A stretch of 64,000 nucleotides of DNA from a phage, in the sequence record PX421306.1, one strand, 5' to 3'. The notes under the pieces are model-generated. The model was not told the origin of the DNA, did no database searches, and saw nothing but the letters and a program-made list of their open reading frames with translations. A program made the translations under genes and the position numbers. Below are positions 58,815 to 64,000 of the stretch, piece after piece. Numbering within the stretch: position 1 is the stretch's first letter; each line of letters starts with the position of its first letter.

Positions 58815-59216
58815 TCACTCAATTTTACTGATTATGCGGAATAAGATTGAACAGACTATATAAGTACCACATATAGACTGAACTAATGCCATTCCAAAGA
58901 ACCAAACAATATTATCAAACCATGTCTGTTTTACGTCGAAAGGACGTAAACTTACAGTAATATTATCACCTTTTTCTATTGAAGAATACATCTCTGGGGA
59001 AATATATTCACTAAATCTATAACCGTCTTTGAGTTCATATACGGCAATAAACGATAAACTAGACCCTTTTCCTTGTGTTCCTGTAATGGTATTAACTACA
59101 GTAACATCATAATCTTTATAATGCATATAATCATTAATTGCGTAATAACCGTATGCAACTACTACACATAAACAACATATCAATAAATTCAATCTTTTAA
59201 TTATCAACTGTTTCAT
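58815..59216 (-). CDS. Membrane protein (133 aa)
   Basis: ORF track; hydrophobic N- and C-terminal segments. Confidence 0.75.
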   Translation of the reverse strand: MKQLIIKRLNLLICCLCVVVAYGYYAINDYMHYKDYDVTVVNTITGTQGKGSSLSFIAVYELKDGYRFSEYISPEMYSSIEKGDNITVSLRPFDVKQTWFDNIVWFFGMALVQSICGTYIVCSILFRIISKIE

Positions 59217-59271
59217 AATAATCTCAATTAAAAGGGCTTAGAACCATTATACCATCCTTGGTATAAAGCGG

Positions 59272-59799
59272 TTATGCGAGTACCGTCTTTAACCGTTCTT
59301 CAAACTTCCGAAGAGTATTTTGGCGTTCAGCTCTTTGCTTTTTGTAAGTTTCAATACGCTCTGAAATGAGAGTGTATCGTTCATTTACTGATTCTTTCAT
59401 AAAATCAGGAATTTCACGAGAAGCTTTAATCTCGTCAAATTTATCAATAACAGCTTGCTCTTCAGCAATTAAGTTATCATACATTAAAATATCTTTCTTG
59501 ATGAACTCAATATCTTCTTGAGTTACACGAGATAATTTAGATGCTTTATCCTTTTTGTACTGTTCGTTAGTATCACGAGACCAGTGTAATGTACGATTTT
59601 TATTCGTATTTTTGTAAATTTCTACAATACCGATCTCATCAATAATAACGATCCAATTCCAACGCGATTTGTAAATTTGTCCTCCATCAACAGTGATTTC
59701 ACCTCCGATTGAGATGTCATTAAAGAACTTGCTTTGTGCTTCAGATTTAAATTTACCATCGTTGTAATTTACCAAGTTGAAAATATCTTTAGCGTTCAT
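59272..59799 (-). CDS. Hypothetical protein (175 aa)
   Basis: ORF track; ATG after conserved leader ...GGAGGAACAGAAAATG. Confidence 0.8.
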   Translation of the reverse strand: MNAKDIFNLVNYNDGKFKSEAQSKFFNDISIGGEITVDGGQIYKSRWNWIVIIDEIGIVEIYKNTNKNRTLHWSRDTNEQYKKDKASKLSRVTQEDIEFIKKDILMYDNLIAEEQAVIDKFDEIKASREIPDFMKESVNERYTLISERIETYKKQRAERQNTLRKFEERLKTVLA

Positions 59800-59821
59800 T
59801 TTCTGTTCCTCCGTAGTTGAT

Positions 59822-59862
59822 AGTTGTATAGTACCACAGAGAAACAGTCTTGTAAACCACTA
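59822..59862 (-). promoter_or_regulatory. Early promoter (cassette copy)
   Basis: Minus GTTTAC (plus 59852-59857), 18 bp, GTGG + TACTAT (plus 59828-59833). Confidence 0.6.
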
Positions 59863-60165
59863 AAAGAAACTTCTTTCACAATTTTTTCCACTGAACCATG
59901 CGCTCACTGCTTTCTTAGTCTCAGGAGCAGTGTTATCCATAAACCATTCAAAGGCAGCCTTTTTATGATTCTGGAGGGCTTCTCGGGCTTTAATCTGCTC
60001 ACGGTCTATTAACACTAACATATGAGCCTTTCTTGTCACCATGGGCTTCTTATGATTTTTTGAATACTCCCAGTCATTTGTCCATCGCATTGTCGTTGCG
60101 AACTGAAATACTGCTTCTTTAATTTTAGTTTCGTAAATTTCACGAGCCTTTGAGTATAACATCAT
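59860..60165 (-). CDS. Hypothetical protein (101 aa)
   Basis: Track ORF trimmed to ATG with SD GGAGGTAATG. Confidence 0.7.
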   Translation of the reverse strand: MMLYSKAREIYETKIKEAVFQFATTMRWTNDWEYSKNHKKPMVTRKAHMLVLIDREQIKAREALQNHKKAAFEWFMDNTAPETKKAVSAWFSGKNCERSFF

Positions 60166-60263
60166 TACCTCCATTCACCAGTTTAATTCTAGTCATCTTT
60201 TTAATGGCAGTCCATATAATCTATTTCTGAACTGCCTTTTTGTCATAGAAGTCCTCTTATGAA

Positions 60264-61232
60264 TTATTTCAGAAGAGTAACCTCAGCAATTTCTTCCCAA
60301 CCGTTTTTGTCGGTCATAATAAAGTCAGCAAGATAAAGAGCAGTACGCAGTGAAACATTGCGTAAACGGTTAACATTAACTTTCATCCATGATAATGCTT
60401 TATAAGTTTCTTCATCAGAAAGACCACGCTTTTGCATCATGTCAGTTGAAAGAATAACATCTTCAACCCTGACCATAATTTCTTCATTAGTGTGAACACC
60501 CAAATCCAAATAAACCGAGCGGGACACTAATGCTTGTAAATGTGGAGCAAGTTTAGTACCACGGTCTAATTCGCGGTCAATGTCAACGTTTGTGATAAAA
60601 ACAATCGTTCCTTTAAATTCAAACTCACGGTCAATGCCTTTTTCTTCTAAGTAAGAAGACGCAGTGCTCCAGCAGACTTTACGGGTCTCTCCAGTGTCCA
60701 GAGCAGCTTTTAGAAGATTAAGAATGTCCATATCAGAGAAAACATCCACATCATCAATTAAAAGGACAGAATTCTCTTCACGATTATTCCAAAGCTGCTC
60801 ATAAAGACCAATACCAGAGATTTTACCATTAATGCTTTTATATTCAATGTATCCAATATCATTTGCTTTATTTAAAGCTTTATCTAAAGAATACGTTTTA
60901 CCAATACCTGCTGCGCCAGAGATAATTAATGAACGAATATTTCCATTAATAATACCGTTCGTCATCATTCCCATAACATTAAATCTTTTATTAATGCGGG
61001 TTTTCATATCTTCATATGATTCTTTAACTTCTTCAACTTTTACACCATCATATGAAATATCTGATTTGTAAACCCAAACACCGCGACGTTTACCGTCAAT
61101 TTCAACAAAAACTTTACCATCTCCTTGTGCATCTACCGGAGCATTATCTGGGAACCATTCGCCTAAGAGCTCAAAAGTTCCAGAGATTTCTTTACCGAAG
61201 TAGATACCCTTATTGATAGTTACAGTTTTCAT
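60264..61232 (-). CDS. P-loop AAA-type ATPase (322 aa)
   Basis: Trimmed to ATG after leader GGAGAATAAAATG; Walker A GAAGIGKT, Walker B VLLIDDVD, sensor-like TIVFITN. Confidence 0.85.
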   Translation of the reverse strand: MKTVTINKGIYFGKEISGTFELLGEWFPDNAPVDAQGDGKVFVEIDGKRRGVWVYKSDISYDGVKVEEVKESYEDMKTRINKRFNVMGMMTNGIINGNIRSLIISGAAGIGKTYSLDKALNKANDIGYIEYKSINGKISGIGLYEQLWNNREENSVLLIDDVDVFSDMDILNLLKAALDTGETRKVCWSTASSYLEEKGIDREFEFKGTIVFITNVDIDRELDRGTKLAPHLQALVSRSVYLDLGVHTNEEIMVRVEDVILSTDMMQKRGLSDEETYKALSWMKVNVNRLRNVSLRTALYLADFIMTDKNGWEEIAEVTLLK

Positions 61233-61270
61233 TTTATTCTCCAAATCCGTATCAGTTGATAGTTGTATAG

Positions 61271-61311
61271 TACCATAAAGCTTTATGCTTGTAAACAGTT
61301 TTGTGAAAAAA
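61271..61311 (-). promoter_or_regulatory. Early promoter (cassette copy) for the ATPase gene
   Basis: Minus GTTTAC (plus 61301-61306), 18 bp, TACTAT (plus 61277-61282). Confidence 0.6.
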
Positions 61312-61321
61312 TTTTTGAAAT

Positions 61322-61346
61322 AAAAAAAGGGAGCCCGAAGGCTCCC
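61322..61346 (-). terminator. Intrinsic terminator downstream of the nucleotidyltransferase gene
   Basis: gggagcc-cgaa-ggctccc preceded on plus by a 7-nt A-run. Confidence 0.75.
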
Positions 61347-61348
61347 TA

Positions 61349-62362
61349 TCATTTATAATAACTTCGATGGTTTTCAAGATAAACCCTCTCAAGGAAGTCA
61401 TCCCAGAAACCCATGTCTACTTTTTGCTGCATACCGTTCTTAGAAGCTTCAATAGATGCTGCTTCTACTTGATCGACCACATCTTCCAAAAACTCTTGAA
61501 CAGTTTTAAATGGGTGTTTACCCAGCTTCACGTCGAGAATAAATGGAGCGTCTTGAAGTGGATAGACTAAGTCACCAGTTTTGTAAATTTCCAATAGTTG
61601 GAGTCCACCACGACAAGCATGACTCAGAGCTTTCCAGTCAATACCTTCATTAGCTTCAGCCTTACGAGCGCGCTCGCCATATTCAGCATCAAGTTTATTC
61701 AGGGATTGCTTGAGCTCTGTAATTGATAACGTTGTTTGGTACTTACGTCCGAGAACAGTATAGAACGTTTGTGGACCTGTTTTCTCATGGTTATGGAATA
61801 CCCATTCACAGAATTCGTTTTCTGGAAGACGGTGTTTAATATCTGCAATTTTAGTACGACGTTGTCCTTGTGTTCCATCTTCTCGGTAATCAATCCACTG
61901 CTCAGGGATTTGATTAACTACTTTCAATACATCACGTAATGCAGCCAAACGAGAACCTTTGACACCGTATTTAGAAGCTTGCTTGCGGACATATCCTAAA
62001 TATGATTTCATGTTAGTTGTATAAAAACGAGAACGGTTGTCTTGAATAAACTTCCACACATCAGGTAAATCAGATTTAACCACTAGTTCAGGTGGAGTGT
62101 GAAGCATATCTAATGCTACGGTTTCACCATCTGCTGCTAATTTAAAGAAATATTTAAGACTGTATAGTTCATGGTCAATATCATCTTTAGTGTTTTTAGA
62201 TGATGTGTTGTTAGTGTTTTTACTCATATGCTCTTTAACATTTCCGATAAGAATATCACGAGCAGGAGGAACAAAGATTTCTTTAAAATCTACATCAGAT
62301 TCTGGAGTAGAAGTTCCATAAAGATGACTACCAAAATAGCTTTTCATTACTGTTTTCATCAT
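61349..62362 (-). CDS. Pol-beta superfamily nucleotidyltransferase-like protein (337 aa)
   Basis: N-terminal motif YFGSHLYGTSTPESDVDF, fitting the GS-x(10)-DxD nucleotidyltransferase signature. Confidence 0.8.
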   Translation of the reverse strand: MMKTVMKSYFGSHLYGTSTPESDVDFKEIFVPPARDILIGNVKEHMSKNTNNTSSKNTKDDIDHELYSLKYFFKLAADGETVALDMLHTPPELVVKSDLPDVWKFIQDNRSRFYTTNMKSYLGYVRKQASKYGVKGSRLAALRDVLKVVNQIPEQWIDYREDGTQGQRRTKIADIKHRLPENEFCEWVFHNHEKTGPQTFYTVLGRKYQTTLSITELKQSLNKLDAEYGERARKAEANEGIDWKALSHACRGGLQLLEIYKTGDLVYPLQDAPFILDVKLGKHPFKTVQEFLEDVVDQVEAASIEASKNGMQQKVDMGFWDDFLERVYLENHRSYYK

Positions 62363-62820
62363 TCAGCCTTATATTCAATAACAGGACATACTTTAGCTTT
62401 ACGCGCTTTTAAAAATTCGACGATAATAGATTTCTTTGGTTGAATAGGAGGTAAACCTTTATACGCCCTATCAATATTTTCTACATGTAAAGCATAATCC
62501 TTTTTCCATTTATAATCTTTATATTTTTCATGCAGTTGTGCAGGAATAACAAATGAACCAATAATAAGTAAAACAAGCAAAATAGCAAGTATAAATGCTG
62601 ATGGAATAAGAGTCCATAAACTACCAAAAATAAGCCATTTCTGCATGATTTCTGCGCAGATGATAGTTAGACCTGCGAGTATAGTACATCCGAAAAAAGA
62701 AACGAAAAATGTAGGGATAACAATAGACCAAAAATATGCACACAGTGTCTTAGGTCGTTTCCATTCGTCGTTAAACATTTTGAATAATTTATAGTGCCAA
62801 GAGCTTTCATTAATAATCAT
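62359..62820 (-). CDS. Membrane protein (153 aa, multi-pass)
   Basis: ORF track; several hydrophobic segments; stop overlaps the nucleotidyltransferase start. Confidence 0.8.
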   Translation of the reverse strand: MIINESSWHYKLFKMFNDEWKRPKTLCAYFWSIVIPTFFVSFFGCTILAGLTIICAEIMQKWLIFGSLWTLIPSAFILAILLVLLIIGSFVIPAQLHEKYKDYKWKKDYALHVENIDRAYKGLPPIQPKKSIIVEFLKARKAKVCPVIEYKAE

Positions 62821-62822
62821 AA

Positions 62823-63344
62823 TTATCCTTTCATTGAAGGTGTAACAGTTGTTAAATACTTAATCATAGCTTCAGCTTCTGATTTTGATAATGAAATTTC
62901 TCCATTGTTTTGACGAATAGAAATAAAATCCGGATGACGGTCACCACCAGCTTTTAAAATACACATATAAGTATCAGTTTCATCTTCAATATCTGAAATG
63001 ATTGAAGCAGTTCCGCATGAATGTGGTTTTTGATAAATCAATGCAGCTTTTCTTCCACCGTTTGACTGTTCATAAACTTTTAACACATCAAACAAATCAC
63101 TTCTTTTATCAATAGCTAAGATGTTGTTTTCATCTTCAATGTTAAATCCTTCGGATACTTCATAAAGTGTCACCCATAAATCGCCAATATCAATGACAGC
63201 ATTCACCTTTCCATGATTTTCAAGAGCATTACAAATTTTCTTAATTTCATCATAACTCATTTTAATAATATCATCTCCTTGAATAAGGAAGATGTCATTT
63301 TTAAATTCAACACGAATTAAACTGCTTTCACTTGAAATAAACAT
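62823..63344 (-). CDS. Hypothetical protein (173 aa), tandem paralog
   Basis: Shares GFNIE and K.YL..V.P(S/T)M motifs with the adjacent 176-aa ORF. Confidence 0.8.
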   Translation of the reverse strand: MFISSESSLIRVEFKNDIFLIQGDDIIKMSYDEIKKICNALENHGKVNAVIDIGDLWVTLYEVSEGFNIEDENNILAIDKRSDLFDVLKVYEQSNGGRKAALIYQKPHSCGTASIISDIEDETDTYMCILKAGGDRHPDFISIRQNNGEISLSKSEAEAMIKYLTTVTPSMKG

Positions 63345-63350
63345 ATTTCC

Positions 63351-63881
63351 TCACTTTGAAATCATAGTTGGAATGACAGAATCAAGATAAGTCTTTAATA
63401 AAACAGCTTCTTCTTTGTTTAATACAACAACATTAACATCATTTACCGATTGACGAATAGTTAAGACATCTCCTTCTTCGTAACACTTTGATACATTTAA
63501 AACAGTTTCATAATTTTGATTACAAGCGTTAGTAATAATAGCATTGCAATTTTTAAACCATTTTAAACCATGTTTTCTTTCGTTAGAATAATAAAAATAT
63601 TTAATTTTAGTTATAAAATTATCCCAATTATTAATTGATAAGCATATTGACTCGCTTTCAATGTTAAATCCTGGGCATAAAGAATAGAAATGAATTTTAT
63701 GCTCATCATTAATGCTTACAATTTTATCAGTATAAGGTTTTTCAATTTGGGTTAAATGAATAATTTCACTAGGTGTAAAATACAGCATATCGTCTTCTTG
63801 CGTCAAACGATACATATTATTTACTTTTTCTATAGCCAATTCACCAAAAAGTGAACTAACTTCTAGTACTAATCGTTTCAT
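63351..63881 (-). CDS. Hypothetical protein (176 aa), tandem paralog
   Basis: Track ORF trimmed to ATG MKRLVLEV with SD AAGGA; paralog of 62823-63344. Confidence 0.75.
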   Translation of the reverse strand: MKRLVLEVSSLFGELAIEKVNNMYRLTQEDDMLYFTPSEIIHLTQIEKPYTDKIVSINDEHKIHFYSLCPGFNIESESICLSINNWDNFITKIKYFYYSNERKHGLKWFKNCNAIITNACNQNYETVLNVSKCYEEGDVLTIRQSVNDVNVVVLNKEEAVLLKTYLDSVIPTMISK

Positions 63882-63882
63882 A

Positions 63883-64000
63883 TTAATCCTTTTTATTGGC
63901 ATGAATTTTTTCTAAAATTTTAGAGTATTCCTTTGTATCAGATTTACGCACAATCGATACACTATAAGGCATACTATCAGTGTCTTTTATAAAGCGTTCC
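63883..64000 (-). CDS. Partial CDS (C-terminal 38 codons; gene continues beyond the window)
   Basis: Open frame to the window edge, ending ...EKIHANKKD*; stop sits in a TAATATG junction with the downstream ATG. Confidence 0.4.
   Translation of the reverse strand, partial: ERFIKDTDSMPYSVSIVRKSDTKEYSKILEKIHANKKD

Noticed and set aside
4230-61320. Possible CRISPR array suggested by the many repeated 60-70-bp elements
   Set aside because: Repeats are dispersed tens of kb apart, contain -35/-10 promoter hexamers and SD-ATG, and are not arranged as repeat-spacer units

Overview
This window is a T4-like (T-even, Tequatrovirus-type) phage genome segment, colinear with T4 but with T2/T6-type traits: a glycine-rich gp38 adhesin, an uninterrupted gene 39 and an intronless nrdD. 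It runs from late genes 38 and t (plus strand) into a long, almost entirely minus-strand early/middle block: asiA, arn, motA, 52, stp, ndd, denB, rIIB, rIIA, 39, dexA, dda, modA, modB, soc, 56, 61, sp, 41, uvsX, 42, imm, 43, regA, 62, 44, 45, rpbA, 46, 47, a-gt, 55, nrdH, nrdG, nrdD, 49, nrdC, then a block of uncharacterised genes. Gene calls rest on reading the translated ORFs against remembered T4 proteins and gene order; no database search was run. Many ORF-track starts were moved to internal ATGs (the track evidently counts GTG/TTG as start codons). Regulatory signals read directly from the sequence: repeated early promoters (GTTTAC, 18 bp, TATAAT-like), MotA-box middle promoters, one late promoter (soc), the gene 43 translational operator, and many CGAA/UUCG-loop terminator hairpins. 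No tRNA, rRNA, CRISPR array, integrase or homing endonuclease was seen. No clearly novel system was established; the best candidates are a four-gene tandem family of coiled-coil proteins (54842-58822), a cassette-driven AAA ATPase plus Pol-beta-type nucleotidyltransferase plus membrane protein block (60264-62820), a small opposite-strand ORF where T4 has dam, a GT-A-like glycosyltransferase where T4 has beta-gt, and near-identical promoter-leader cassettes repeated across the window.
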